Source of the DNA: Perna viridis
Taxonomy: Eukaryota
NCBI GenBank assembly: GCA_037379345.1
Contig: CM074524.1
Span: 18,286,750-18,350,749 of the forward strand
Direction of reading: 5' to 3'
Length of the DNA stretch: 64,000 nt
Shown here: positions 52,066 through 60,474 of the stretch, one piece after another
Layout: every line of letters starts with the position of its first letter
How positions within the stretch are numbered: the stretch's first letter is position 1
Notes under the pieces: model-generated
The model's input: the letters and a program-made list of their open reading frames with translations, nothing else
What the model was told of the DNA's origin: nothing
Databases searched by the model: none
Made by a program: the position numbers and the translations under genes

Positions 52066-53262
52066 CCAACAAATTCAAAATACCAGTAGATTTAGATGGA
52101 TGTCATATTGAAAGGTTTTTCTCTTTAATTATGAATTTCCAAAATTACAAGTGATCATGCAATGTTAAAAGACTTATAGTCATATTGAAATATTCTATTT
52201 CTTAAATTTTCAATTTTGGTTTTAAAAGTGATGTTTCAGTATTAAGGGATGAGGGCAGTCAAATTCTCTTTTTATATGCATTGCATGTTTTAATGTATCT
52301 TAGAAATATGGCTACAAGGCATATTGTTTTAAATTTCTAGGGAGATGACTATCATAGTTGGTTAGAAATGTTTTTTAATGTGGATCATACCTGTCAATTT
52401 TAGTTTGTCATATATCCTAATTTCACAGAAATGATAGTGGATTAACATACCGGTACTTAATATGTAGATAATACAATGTACTGGTTTATTTTTCTTATTT
52501 CATAAACTTGTCCTAAAACTTTTATCAGAATATGTGAAAATTTACATGGGGCTCAAACTTTAGTGGTGGTTCAAGATTTGGGACCCTCAATATCTGACCT
52601 ATAACCTTTGAAATTTCATTTATAAGTACCTAGATCCTATATCCACACTTTATTATCTGTTTTTTTTTATTTCTTAAGTGGAACATTAATTTCAAACTTG
52701 AAAATGATTAAGACCTTCTACCCTAACTTGCTGACCATTTTTGCATGTACCCATAAATGCCAAGGAAAAAAAGATGTTTTGGGTTATGATCTACCTTTAG
52801 ATAGCTTTTTAGGCGTCTGATTTTGTTTTGAAAATTTATTTTTGCAAGTTTCATATTTTTATTTATTTTTATTATTTTATTTTATTTTTATTTTTTTATT
52901 TATTTTTATTTTTATATTTATATGTTTAAAGTACTATTTAGCACATAAATGAAAAAATGTAAATATTAAATTTTTTTACCCATGAAATAATTGCATGGTG
53001 ATCTTGTATGATGCTTATTACTGCATTTTTACCAGTATATAGTATATACAATTATGGGATGTATGTAAAAATGTCTGTATTACACAGGGTTTTAATTTAT
53101 ATTAAACAAATTTTCTAAAATACAGCATTTAAAAAAGTATTTTGTAACACTGTAATGACTCAGTCAATTCTATTTTATATCATTTTTGAAACTTTTAATT
53201 TTCTTTTTTCAGATAAGAGGGATAAAGGTCAAGACAGAGTCATGACATTGGCTGAACGTTAG
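2418..53262 (+). CDS. AGBL2: Cytosolic carboxypeptidase 2/3-like (M14D tubulin deglutamylase), whole spliced gene span, 28 coding exons, ~1228 aa long isoform
   Basis: Exons joined by hand at GT-AG sites with consistent phases total 3687 nt. Motifs: [30 protein letters not shown] (Zn HxxE), [51 protein letters not shown] resembles CCP2/CCP3 more than CCP1/4/5/6. AGBL2 vs AGBL3 cannot be resolved, and inclusion of the 3' tail exons is less certain. Confidence 0.9.
4496..4529 (+). CDS. Candidate alternative first coding exon ([11 protein letters not shown])
   Basis: ATG with A at -3, ACG|GTTAGT donor in phase 1 compatible with exon 2, located in a local CpG-containing patch. Confidence 0.4.
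4690..4704 (+). promoter_or_regulatory. CRE palindrome TGACGTCA overlapping a one-mismatch X-box-like element (GACGTCATGGTGAC)
   Basis: Motif match in the CpG-retaining patch near the candidate alternative first exon; function untested. Confidence 0.3.
6886..7078 (+). CDS. AGBL2: CCP2/3-like exon 2 (DQQFPK...[16 protein letters not shown])
   Basis: TTTCAG acceptor, GTAAGT donor, FESGNL motif. Confidence 0.93.
8205..8401 (+). mobile_element. MITE family A copy 1 (TTAA-flanked, Kolobok-like termini)
   Basis: TTAA-GGAGGTAGACCTAGGG ... CCTTAGGTCTACCTTC-TTAA; same internal sequence in 4 other copies. Confidence 0.85.
9121..9977. repeat. 16-bp minisatellite (~53.5 units) with 32-bp dimeric higher-order structure
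   Basis: AGTACATTGCTCAGCC alternates with AGTATATTGCTCAGCC, AGTATATGGGTCAGCC, AGTATATGGCTCGGCC or AGTATATGTCTCGGCC. Confidence 0.97.
10108..10313 (+). mobile_element. TA-flanked MITE family C (CTGTGAAAGTA...TACTTTCACAA)
   Basis: Terminal inverted repeats flanked by TA; a partial second copy lies at 28045-28191. Confidence 0.7.
10781..10935 (+). CDS. AGBL2: CCP2/3-like exon 3 ([25 protein letters not shown]...LYNY)
   Basis: TTTCAG acceptor, GTAGGT donor, WYYF motif. Confidence 0.95.
11478..11703 (+). mobile_element. MITE family A copy 2
   Basis: TTTA-GGAGGTAGACCTAGGG ... CCCTAGGTCTACCTCC-TTAA. Confidence 0.85.
12266..12647 (+). mobile_element. MITE family B copy 1 (~385 bp, TTAA-flanked)
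   Basis: TTAA flanks, imperfect TIRs around TAAGAATCAGG, colinear with the copies at 15605 and 26383. Confidence 0.75.
12940..13098 (-). mobile_element. 3' end fragment of an RTE-clade LINE with an internal ~55-bp duplication
   Basis: Minus strand reads [32 protein letters not shown], resembling the W..L.RLA.NR.RWR.VV.GLC C-terminus of RTE ORFs. Confidence 0.6.
13216..13433. mobile_element. Foldback / hairpin MITE, ~218 bp with ~90-bp inverted arms
   Basis: ACTTGGCAAGTTTGTACCAAATTAA... versus ...TTAATTTGGTACAACTTGCCAAGT; arms pair inward to AGGGCCTTAGGG / CCCTGAGGCCCT. Confidence 0.75.
13671..13730 (+). mobile_element. ~60-bp retroposon 3' tail, copy 1, 13-bp TSD
   Basis: TSD CAAATTTAAAGGA at 13658-13670 and 13731-13743; (CAAT)n tail. 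Confidence 0.8.
15605..15993 (+). mobile_element. MITE family B copy 2
   Basis: TTAA-GTGTAAGTCTTTGTAAGAATCAGGCA ... TGCCTGATTCTTACAGGACTGTCTC-TTAA. Confidence 0.8.
16898..17179 (-). mobile_element. MITE family A copy 3 (reverse orientation) carrying a nested retroposon tail
   Basis: TTAA-GGAGGTAGACATAGGG ... CCCTATGTCTACCTCC-TTAA. Confidence 0.85.
17039..17097 (-). mobile_element. ~60-bp retroposon 3' tail, copy 2, 14-bp TSD, nested in MITE A
   Basis: TSD TACATGAGATTGAT at 17025-17038 and 17098-17111; (CAAA)n tail on the minus strand. Confidence 0.85.
18819..18897 (+). CDS. AGBL2: CCP2/3-like exon 4 ([26 protein letters not shown])
   Basis: TTTCAG acceptor, GTAGTT donor, GMxPLxYS...GW motif. 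Confidence 0.93.
19534..19612 (+). CDS. AGBL2: CCP2/3-like exon 5 ([27 protein letters not shown])
   Basis: CCCAG acceptor, GTAAGT donor, phase 2 to 0. Confidence 0.88.
20057..20240 (+). CDS. AGBL2: CCP2/3-like exon 6 ([18 protein letters not shown]...LCETRAGN...TNF)
   Basis: YPYT motif, canonical splice sites. Confidence 0.95.
21180..21313 (+). CDS. AGBL2: CCP2/3-like exon 7 (...[25 protein letters not shown]...)
   Basis: Zinc-binding HPGE motif, canonical splice sites. Confidence 0.96.
21499..21687 (+). CDS. AGBL2: CCP2/3-like exon 8 ([37 protein letters not shown]...)
   Basis: NPDG, GNYR and DLNR motifs. Confidence 0.96.
21878..22152 (+). mobile_element. Degenerate Helitron/Helentron-type non-autonomous repeat (related copy at ~42886-43360)
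   Basis: Starts TTTTATACCCC with a short subterminal hairpin; shares TTTTCT..CAAC and CATCAACTTCCTGTTT..GATGACT blocks with 42886-43360; class assignment is inference. Confidence 0.4.
22245..22394 (+). CDS. AGBL2: CCP2/3-like exon 9 ([20 protein letters not shown]...LFPWLMSQK)
   Basis: Third zinc ligand in DLHGH, canonical splice sites. Confidence 0.96.
22410..22473 (+). mobile_element. ~64-bp retroposon 3' tail, copy 3, 13-bp TSD
   Basis: TSD AAAATTGGAGTGA at 22397-22409 and 22474-22486; (CAAT)n tail. Confidence 0.88.
23655..23800 (+). CDS. AGBL2: CCP2/3-like exon 10 ([12 protein letters not shown]...[11 protein letters not shown]...[11 protein letters not shown])
   Basis: Catalytic Glu in [12 protein letters not shown] motif. 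Confidence 0.96.
24573..24671 (+). CDS. AGBL2: CCP2/3-like exon 11 ([25 protein letters not shown]...)
   Basis: HF....MG...C..L.Y end of the CCP catalytic domain. Confidence 0.92.
26082..26230 (+). CDS. AGBL2: CCP2/3-like exon 12 ([13 protein letters not shown]...NNS)
   Basis: CAACAG acceptor, CAG|GTAAAT donor, phases fit. Confidence 0.85.
26383..26736 (-). mobile_element. MITE family B copy 3 (reverse orientation)
   Basis: Reverse complement of 15605-15993 along its length; TTAA at both ends. Confidence 0.75.
26999..27159. repeat. ~31-32-bp tandem repeat x5 (TGTTCAATAAAAAAGCTAGTAATGTAGCTGAC)
   Basis: Seen directly; every unit contains AATAAA. Confidence 0.9.
27280..27559 (+). CDS. AGBL2: CCP2/3-like exon 13 ([11 protein letters not shown]...VMQES)
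   Basis: TTTCAG acceptor (second in-frame acceptor 6 nt downstream), GTGAGT donor. Confidence 0.85.
27653..27864 (+). mobile_element. MITE family A copy 4
   Basis: Degenerate left TIR, intact right TIR CCCTAGGTCTACCTCC-TTAA, family A internal sequence. Confidence 0.8.
28045..28191 (+). mobile_element. MITE family C partial copy
   Basis: Aligns to the 3' two-thirds of 10108-10313. Confidence 0.65.
28248..28419 (+). CDS. AGBL2: CCP2/3-like exon 14 ([12 protein letters not shown]...[14 protein letters not shown]...SLT); acidic tract plus NLS-like basic tract
   Basis: TTTATAG acceptor, GTAAGA donor, open purine-rich frame. Confidence 0.88.
30234..30412. mobile_element. TA-flanked MITE (CTGTAAA...TTTACAG)
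   Basis: TA-CTGTAAA / TTTACAG-TA termini, internal TTTTCGCG / CGCAAAA inverted motifs, CpG retained. Confidence 0.65.
30570..30641 (+). CDS. AGBL2: CCP2/3-like exon 15 ([24 protein letters not shown])
   Basis: CTCAG acceptor, CAG|GTGAGT donor, 72 nt, phase 0-0. Confidence 0.8.
31572..32264 (+). CDS. AGBL2: Alternative terminal exon of the CCP gene (KKSVSCTNV...FSHQLR*, 230 aa); isoform ~1010 aa
   Basis: CTTTTCATCAG acceptor in phase 0, 693-nt open frame in AT-rich intronic context, followed by T-rich UTR-like sequence and AATAAA at 33570. Confidence 0.7.
   Translation, partial: KKSVSCTNVCSSGTEHRPHRLPPGNYIKYKKDDTFVTEVKETKQLAMVKQSPATTCIKFGSNDTSFISGAPLNLTLQSRAPSRFGGFVKLEKISARDTLSEITTKCCKEELQLKTTKLCDSFSDSEEPNKKAFERKINNVKTASVRFEESDAIEDLKPKTFSLDLRIDNMVTSVSPRKFNSKSWLYARNQFRNTQLKGNNSGSLKPPEDFHYLTAEGHRKFVNYFSHQLR
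33914..33949 (+). CDS. AGBL2: 36-nt microexon ([12 protein letters not shown])
   Basis: TTTTAG acceptor, AAG|GTAAAC donor, phase 0-0, TGCATG at 33971 and 34032. Confidence 0.7.
34766..34880. repeat. 36-bp tandem repeat x3.2
   Basis: AGCAAAAAGGCAACCAATGTCTTTGCCCATATGTAC. Confidence 0.92.
35939..36073 (+). CDS. AGBL2: CCP tail exon ([12 protein letters not shown]...[18 protein letters not shown])
   Basis: TTTCAG acceptor, AAG|GTATAC donor, 135 nt, phase 0-0. Confidence 0.82.
36769..36828 (+). CDS. AGBL2: CCP tail exon ([20 protein letters not shown])
   Basis: TTTATAG acceptor, GTAAGT donor, 60 nt, continues a charged helix. Confidence 0.8.
37142..37207 (+). CDS. AGBL2: Cassette exon ([22 protein letters not shown])
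   Basis: TTTTCCTAG acceptor, GTAGGT donor, 66 nt, phase 0-0. Confidence 0.62.
38247..38267 (+). CDS. AGBL2: 21-nt microexon (TPEPRIQ)
   Basis: TTTTTCTAG acceptor, CAG|GTAAAA donor, GC-rich island in AT-rich intron. Confidence 0.6.
41255..41420 (+). CDS. AGBL2: CCP tail exon ([19 protein letters not shown]...TAYTHA)
   Basis: CTAAC branch point, GTGTAG acceptor, CAG|GTAAGA donor, phase 0 to 1. Confidence 0.78.
41430..41443. promoter_or_regulatory. Perfect palindromic X-box-like motif GTTGTCATGACAAC
   Basis: 14-bp palindrome fitting RYYNYY-WW-RRNRAY. Confidence 0.3.
41795..41986 (+). CDS. AGBL2: CCP tail exon ([17 protein letters not shown]...KDPFEN); alternative acceptor 41788 possible
   Basis: Poly-T tract, open frame, T|GTGAGT donor. 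Confidence 0.65.
43114..43269. mobile_element. MITE with 4-bp TSD (ACTT) nested in a Helitron-like repeat
   Basis: CAGGGGTAAAAATTAG ... CTAATTTTTATCCCTG TIRs; removing the insert restores CATCAACTTCCTGTTT. Confidence 0.7.
44328..44405. repeat. 31-bp tandem repeat x2.5
   Basis: ATAATGATCAAARTGTACCTCAMCTCCAGAA. Confidence 0.85.
45054..45111 (+). CDS. AGBL2: CCP tail exon ([18 protein letters not shown])
   Basis: GACAG acceptor, CAG|GTATGG donor, phase 1 to 2. Confidence 0.75.
46108..46254 (+). CDS. AGBL2: CCP tail exon ([13 protein letters not shown]...KKLH)
   Basis: ACTAAC branch point, TTCCAG acceptor, CAG|GTATTG donor, phase 2-2. Confidence 0.78.
47356..47500 (+). CDS. AGBL2: CCP tail exon ([16 protein letters not shown]...NAGPL)
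   Basis: Poly-T TGTAG acceptor, GTATGT donor, phase 2 to 0. Confidence 0.8.
48801..48980 (-). mobile_element. MITE family A copy 5 (reverse orientation, one TIR truncated)
   Basis: TTAA-GGAGATAGACCTAAGG start; family A internal sequence in reverse. Confidence 0.78.
50322..50351 (+). CDS. AGBL2: 30/33-nt microexon ((Q)[10 protein letters not shown]) with a CAGCAG tandem acceptor
   Basis: TTCAGCAG acceptor, AAG|GTATAC donor, phase 0-0. Confidence 0.62.
50862..51102 (+). CDS. AGBL2: CCP penultimate exon ([15 protein letters not shown]...LNDVSE); read-through would stop at 51164
   Basis: CTTCAG acceptor, helical coding frame, A|GTATAC donor in phase 1. Confidence 0.75.
53213..53262 (+). CDS. 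AGBL2: CCP last coding exon ([16 protein letters not shown])
   Basis: Strong polypyrimidine CAG acceptor, phase 1 fits, TAG at 53260-53262, followed by long UTR-like sequence. Confidence 0.68.
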
Positions 53263-56200
53263 GATTTAGTAATAAACTCGCCATAATAGTTACCATCATT
53301 AGCAAGTAATAATAACAAGTTGCAATATAGAAATCGGCTGCCAATGCTTTTGATGTAACTTTCTGCCTTGTGTAGTGAGATATTTCCTCATCCTTATCTA
53401 GATGATAATTTGACATTGATATGAAAATATCACAGCTGCGGCAGTTTTGGTACGGATGTCCACAGATGATTGCTGCTTTTGCTTTAGAAGTGAAATGACA
53501 CTAACATCTCTAACACAGAAAGCTCATAGAACTATGGAATACCATTGCATCTGAAAGTTAATATGGTATACTAGTCTTATCTTATGTGGGAAATAATAGT
53601 AAAGGACTATTTCGTCTGATAGTGTGCAAAAATGGCACAATAATATTAGTTTTTTTTATTGAGTAGCTGCAGTATTGCATTAAATGGTGGTAGGAATATT
53701 ACAGATCACCTATGCATAGCAAGCTGTATTTCTAAGTTTTGCAGAACATTAATGCCTCATGATAGTCTACAAGGAAATAGTTTGAACTCATGATAGTATG
53801 AACTGAACACATTTTACTCAGTATAGTTGGACTACTCATGTTCACATGTACACATATCAGATTTTAATTATGTGCTATTTCAAGACTGCTTTGATGAACA
53901 ACTTCCATGAGCACAAGAACATGTACTTTATTAATTGGCATGTAGTTTATCTGGGGTTCAAATTTACTTCCAAGAATAAAAGGTCCTAGACTTTTTGCAT
54001 CTTAAATCAAAGTTCTCAGTAAGGAAGTGAAAGGTCTTCAGTAAGAGTACAAGTGAAGTATTGTAGATCCTGGACCTAGATATATGAAATTTCAATGGTC
54101 CTGCATCAGATATTGAGGGAACTGGACCCTAGACCTCAGACCAGTGCTATTTTGAACCCATTCATTGAATATCTGAGTTGTGTATGTTTATTTGAAATAT
54201 TAATTATCATTGAACTAGGTTCATTTTAGTGCTATCGTTTCATTAACTGTCTCACTTAAAATTTTACATGTAGATTCTTATCCTTGATATACATGTACAT
54301 GTATCATATTTAAGTTATGTGCATTTGCTTTAGTGCTATTTTTAGTTACAATTTTAGCTGTCTTATTTCAGTTTATGTATTGAATAATTTCATTTTACTT
54401 GTAATCTATTGTCCCTAAGGTAAAAACCACTATTTGTTTTTTTTTATTACTAAACTTGAAAAGGTTTCAATTAAATTCATATATAAGGAACTTGCTGTGA
54501 AAATTGGGTATCTTTATCGTCAAGTTCAAAAGGGTTTTGTATTCGGACACATAGAGCAGCTGGTACTGCAATGGTCCTGACTTGGTACCAGCACTTCAAA
54601 CGAAATTGTGGGTTTAATCTAGGTTTTACTATGTGCTAAACCTCAACTGTTAGTATTTGTGAAAGGAACTTTTTTAATTAAAAAATACCATCCAATTGTG
54701 ACCTTACCTTGAAAACTGGTTACTGTGGGTTATATAAATTATTACAATGTTTTAATTATTGCCAGCCACTGATCCAAGTAAAGGCATTCCAGTGGTAACC
54801 CCCCCCAAAAAAAAAACAAAAAAAATTAGGGGGAATTTTTTGTTTGCATGGAATCTTCATTTTTCACAAACTTTTGATGCTTCATTTGGCTTTCATAGCA
54901 AAAATCACTGGAGGTAGTAGCTTGAGTAATAATTAAAACATATTTTCTGCAGTTCTTCTTTATATAACAGATATCAAAATTATATTTAGGTTTAAAATTC
55001 AAATTTCGCAAAAATTAAATTTTACAATACTTTTTTTTAATTGATAGTGAAAAAGTGTTGTTTTTCATGCAGTTAACTCTGTCCAGCAAAGAAGTTCTGT
55101 GATTCAATTTTTTTTATGTATTTTTCATTTATTTAAATGTATTTACTGTGATATTTTGAGGACAGGGGTAAATGTTTTGAGTGAAAAAGTTTTCATATTT
55201 TCAAGCAGAGCTGTTTTTTTATTGTTTTATGCTGTTTTTTTAATTCATAGAGAAGTCTCCATCCCTTCTAGAATATTTGTTAAGAGATTTAACAGAATAT
55301 ACAGCTTCAAGGCTTTTTAGAATATTTTACCAACAAATTCATTTACACATACATGTATATGTATGTGGTAATGTTTAATTTTTTTTAGCATTATTAGTTC
55401 ACATTCATATGTCATTATCAAGATCCAGTTTTTTTGCAAAATATTCGAAATATTGGTCATCATTTTCTTTCTTCACCATCTCACTTTTATCTGTACTCAA
55501 AATAAAAATACTTCGGTACAGTCTTGTATACATGTACATGTACATATAGGCTAAAAATAGAAATCTATAAAATTAATTTTCCTTTTTCTTTAGCTGGTAA
55601 AGGAACAAGTTTCAATATTAGCTCTGGTTCCAAATCTTCCAATCCAGAAAGTCAATATGTTTGAAGTCCATATGGGCAAGGTCTGGACCTGGAAATATAT
55701 ACTCTGTACAAAGACACTGTACTTTCAAATGTGAAAATTATATGTTCCAAGGCTGTTTGGTTTATGCTTTGTTCTCTAGATTTCATACAAGTATATTTTT
55801 GTTTATAATGTATGTGTATTGTTTCCACATTGTGCAATCATTTTACATTGTATAAGTTTATTTTACATTGTAGTTTTCATGGGCTATATTGGCCCATTAA
55901 TTTTGAATAAAACTAATGTAATTGATGCAAGATTTTTCTTGCCAATCTTTATAAGGTTATATGAAATATAAGACTGGAAGAATGTACATGTATTATATGT
56001 ATTGCTATATAATGAATTATGGCTTATTTAAGAATATTGTCTTTTTTGTCTTTTGATATTTTGATATAAAAATGACCAGGGAAATGTTGTTCTCTGAATA
56101 CTGCCATTGTTGTTGCTATCTAGTACCAGATAGTACTTGTAAGTTCAGTAGTAACCTGGTCAAAGAAATGTTGAAAAATGTTCTCTAGGGATGTTTGTTG

Positions 56201-56275
56201 GGGTGTATGTTAGAAGAATAAGAAACACATAATCTAGTGTATACAGATACACAGAATACTTTGTGACGTTAATAG

Positions 56276-56627
56276 CAGGCTGTCCAGTGGCTGTAAAATT
56301 CTGGGCAAAAAAAATCCCGATTTTTTTCAGTTTGGCTAAAATTCTCTAAAAAAACTGGAAATACAAAGGGAATTCCTAATAAAAGCCCTTATTTTCATTT
56401 GATTTCCTAAATTGTCATGTTACTTCACTACTGTCTTTGGAGTTTCGAAAATTATCCTAGCAGTTTTTGTTTCAATGACTGCTTGTTTTGTAATTATAAG
56501 AGTGCTCCTGATTGTCTACAAATGTTTATTTCATCGCACTTCTGTTAGGAATTTACAAAGATCATAAATGTTCTCAGTGTTAGGTTTTTTTGGGGGGTTT
56601 TTTTGCCAAAAGGTGCTGGACAGCCTG
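56276..56627. mobile_element. Putative MITE with 12-bp TIR CAGGCTGTCCAG
   Basis: CAGGCTGTCCAG ... CTGGACAGCCTG; no clear TSD. Confidence 0.5.
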
Positions 56628-57749
56628 AAGTAATACAGGCTCTACATGAAAAAGCATCATGGACTTGTTTGTTTATCCTGTTTTTACTTTGGTCTTGTTT
56701 TGCCATTCATGGTCATAAATCACCTCGTGAATTCTGACTTGATCTATGAAAGTAGAATATTATGTCTATGAAGGTCCCTTTGTTGTCAGTCCTTTTGGCA
56801 AGATAAAACGGTACAAAATGTACATGCTCGGCTGGATGCGAAGACAATGATATCAATATTTATCTAAGAAATCGACGAAATTTCAAGCATCTTTATTAAA
56901 AATACAATCTAGAATGTATATTACAAATATTCCAATCGTGTTCTGGGAAAATAGACATGTTATTTAGAACAAATCTCCAGTGATTACCAGACCGAATCTC
57001 GTATTTTGAACTTTTCTTCTATTTAGGCAACTCAAAATAACAATATGTTTTACAGGACAAAAGACATTTTTACCAGACACGTCTGTCGGTCCTGTTGTAT
57101 TTCGTTTTTACTCAATCTCCATCATTATCAATTCATCTGCATTACCATTATATTCATAATCTTTTTTCCGCTTGATAGTCGAGGATGTCGTTGCTTGTCC
57201 CATTAGCCTTAAATACGTGTATTTGAAATTTCGTTTTCAAATTATACAAGGTATCAGGACATGATTACATAATTATATACACTCCCTGAATATACCAATA
57301 TACGGATGCTTTGTTGAGTTACCTACATTAATATGCCGGAGAAGAACAACCAAGAGCATCTTCCATCTATAGTTTTAGATTTCATTATTATATGTATTAA
57401 CTCCCCTGACAATAGGAGCCTTGAATTTTATGGTTGCTATCACTTATGCGAGTTTGTAAGCTCCCTCGGTTACTTTGCCATGGTTAAGCGTCTAGGGTGT
57501 TGTATAAATTCAAAGTGAATGTGACTAATCAAGCCAGGTGGGCGATTCAGGCTCTTTAGAGTATCCAGTTCTTGGTGGTAATAATTCAAAAGACATACAG
57601 CAACGATTGAGGGCAAAACTGAAACTGGCAATCTGGCAATTGCATAGCCTGCCTCGTACATATATTGCCTTAATTGAATCATGTTTTTTTTTTTTAATTT
57701 GACAAAGACAAATACTTTATTTAACCTCAGACACATGCATGTCCGAGAG

Positions 57750-58000
57750 GACAAACACTAATATATGTTCAGTGTTATCTTTGTTTTCTAACCCCCAAAC
57801 CTCAGCGGCATGTAATAAAATAGTAGTTACATGTACATGTACGAAACCTGTATAGCTTTCGGTTGTCGTTATATCTAGGTTTTTTTTAGGCAAATTTGTG
57901 CTTGTCGAGATAGACATGGGGAACCCCTTTTTTTTCGAAGGAAAAATACTGACCATTTTCATGTTCTAGCATGTCGGGTTTTTGGTGATAGTCATTAGGC
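57750..58000 (-). mobile_element. Degenerate non-LTR retrotransposon RT C-terminal fragment
   Basis: TILLHAAEVWGLENKDNTEHI resembles the PILLYG.EVWG.E..D.IE.. segment of LINE ORF2 proteins. Confidence 0.45.
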
Positions 58001-60212
58001 AATCATTTTGGAAATACTGAATTGCCTTCCTTCTCGTGAAAAAAAAGAAGAGGTAGTCGGATATCATATTGTAACCAATAATAAATAAAAACTTTCATGA
58101 AGAATTTTGAACCAGGGACCTTAAATGTAATGTTTTCTTATTGTCTTCTTTAAATTGTTTTCTCAAGCGATTGTGAGACGGACAGTCTAACCCAATTCGA
58201 ACACTTTATATTACACACTCCTGCTCGTTCTCTCTGATTGTGTCTCTTTTTTCATGACACTACGTCTTCGATTAAATCACACCCACACCAAATTCCAGTG
58301 GCAGTTTTAATTCTATTGTGATAATAATTGTTATTTTCAATAGATATTATGAAGTTTTAAAATACAGACAAAGATTTAAATAGTTTTAGAATGAATATAC
58401 ACATAACAATAAGAAATAAGACCAGGAAATATTCCAAATCTCCGAGTTGGCGGGCAAAGGTTTAATTTTCAGCATTTTTCACATTTTATTTTTATTTATC
58501 CAAACGATAATACTTGACTTTGTGAAACTTTTACTGTAATTTTGAATATACCTTTGTCATAATCCGCTTGTCTTGTAAATTAAGGAAGCTCAAACAGCAT
58601 TGTCCATTGTTACAGTATTTGAGGGGTTTGTGGTTAATTAAGGGGGATAATTATTTTATCCTGTTGTCAATTGACGTCTAATGCTACAATTGACGATTGT
58701 GCTGGTCGGTAATTAAGACTTTCCTTGTAATTACACCGGTAATTATTTTACACATAGTTTATCTGCGTGGACTCGTAAATTAAGGTACTGTAGAATTTAC
58801 TAGGAGGTTGTTTATCGTCCTTTACAATCTTTTCGGGAATCGCACGGACGGCTATAGCTAGATAACTGAAGATTGACTGGAATTGATGGAATTCATCAGA
58901 TTCAAATCGATTTTGACTGCGACTTAGTTGATATTAGGCCCTTTTGAATTTCCATGTATTCATGTATTGCAATGTAGATCAAAGAGGTACCATAAACTAC
59001 CGCTAAGTAACTTGCATTATTCTACCTAAACCACACTATGATTAAACTTTTGCTAATAGCTAGGATTTTCATTGTAAATCCTTGCTGTAATATAGTTCAT
59101 TTTGATATATAGTTCATTTGTTCAAACAGGATGTCAGCAAAGTTTGATTAGTGTAATAAAAAACTTCTTAATACTGACGATGAACGAAACATTGACTTGG
59201 CACTCTCAAAGTATGGAGTTCAAAAATCTAATTGCATATAAAAAAAAAAACAAAAATCAACAGCCGAATAGCAAGATTTCGATGTTTAAGAAGACATGGG
59301 CAATGTATCAACACCAATAAAAATACGTTCCTTAATTCAATTGTTTTGGCATTCATGTCTGATTTCAAGTATGATTAACGGTAATCTATCTAGAGAAATA
59401 ATTTGGAACAATTCCTCGATCCATCAATCATTAGCTGTAACTGACAGTATGTAATCAACAGCGCATAACAATCAACATCGTCGAAGAATCGCACATCATC
59501 GTAAAAGCAACAATCTAGAGTTATCGGTCCTGTTATCTCCCGCCACCAAGGGAGAGCACTCGCCTGACTAATGAGATAATTGGAAAGTTATCAAGAAAAG
59601 AAGCAGTTTATCTATTGTGTGAAGATCATTTACATGCACGTAAGTAATAGTTTATTTATACAGATTGTGTTTGTCTGTGTCGGTTTCACTAACAGAAGGC
59701 TTAAAATACCCCTTTCGCCAAGAGAGTAGTTGCTGAACTAACATCGTCCTATTCATGAGGTAAGAAGGATTTTTTATTATTGCCGTCTTTTTTGTTTACT
59801 TTTCATTGCTTATTTTTATTATTTGATGTTCTTCGTGTACTTTCTCTTATTGTCCAATACTCATTATTTCTCTCTTTTTTCACCATAAATACCGGCAATA
59901 GTACATTTGTACTAAATACTGTATGTTGCATTTTCAATGCATGAACATTCAGATGTTGGTGGTAGAAACAAAAGTTCCCAAATGCGTAAAATATCGATAA
60001 TAGTTTGCGATGTACATTTTCCACTGCTGAAAATTATTTTGTACAACGAGTTTTAATTTTGAACTTGATACCTTATTTGATTCGTAATACTATATAGCTG
60101 GTATAATAAATCGAAGTAGTCACAATTAGTTAATATAATGGATCTGTCGGCCATGGGTAAAAATCACTGTTCTCCTACAACTGTGCTTGAATGAATGGCG
60201 TGTGCAATTGCA

Positions 60213-60438
60213 ATACATGTGCACTAAATTGTATCGTAAAGCGATTAGGCCAAGAAAAATATGTAATTCTGTTTAATGTTACATTTTGTGAAAGATAGGT
60301 TAGGTGGGTAAAATCAGTTTAATATATATATATATACATGTGCACTAAATTGTATCGTAAAGCGATTAGGCCAAGAAAAATATGTAATTCTGTTTAATGT
60401 TACATTTTGTGAAAGATAGGTTAGGTGGGTAAAATCAG

Positions 60439-60470
<32 letters not shown>
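60213..60470. repeat. Perfect 121-bp tandem duplication ending in (AT)n
   Basis: Identical copies start at 60213 and 60334. Confidence 0.92.
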
Positions 60471-60474
<4 letters not shown>

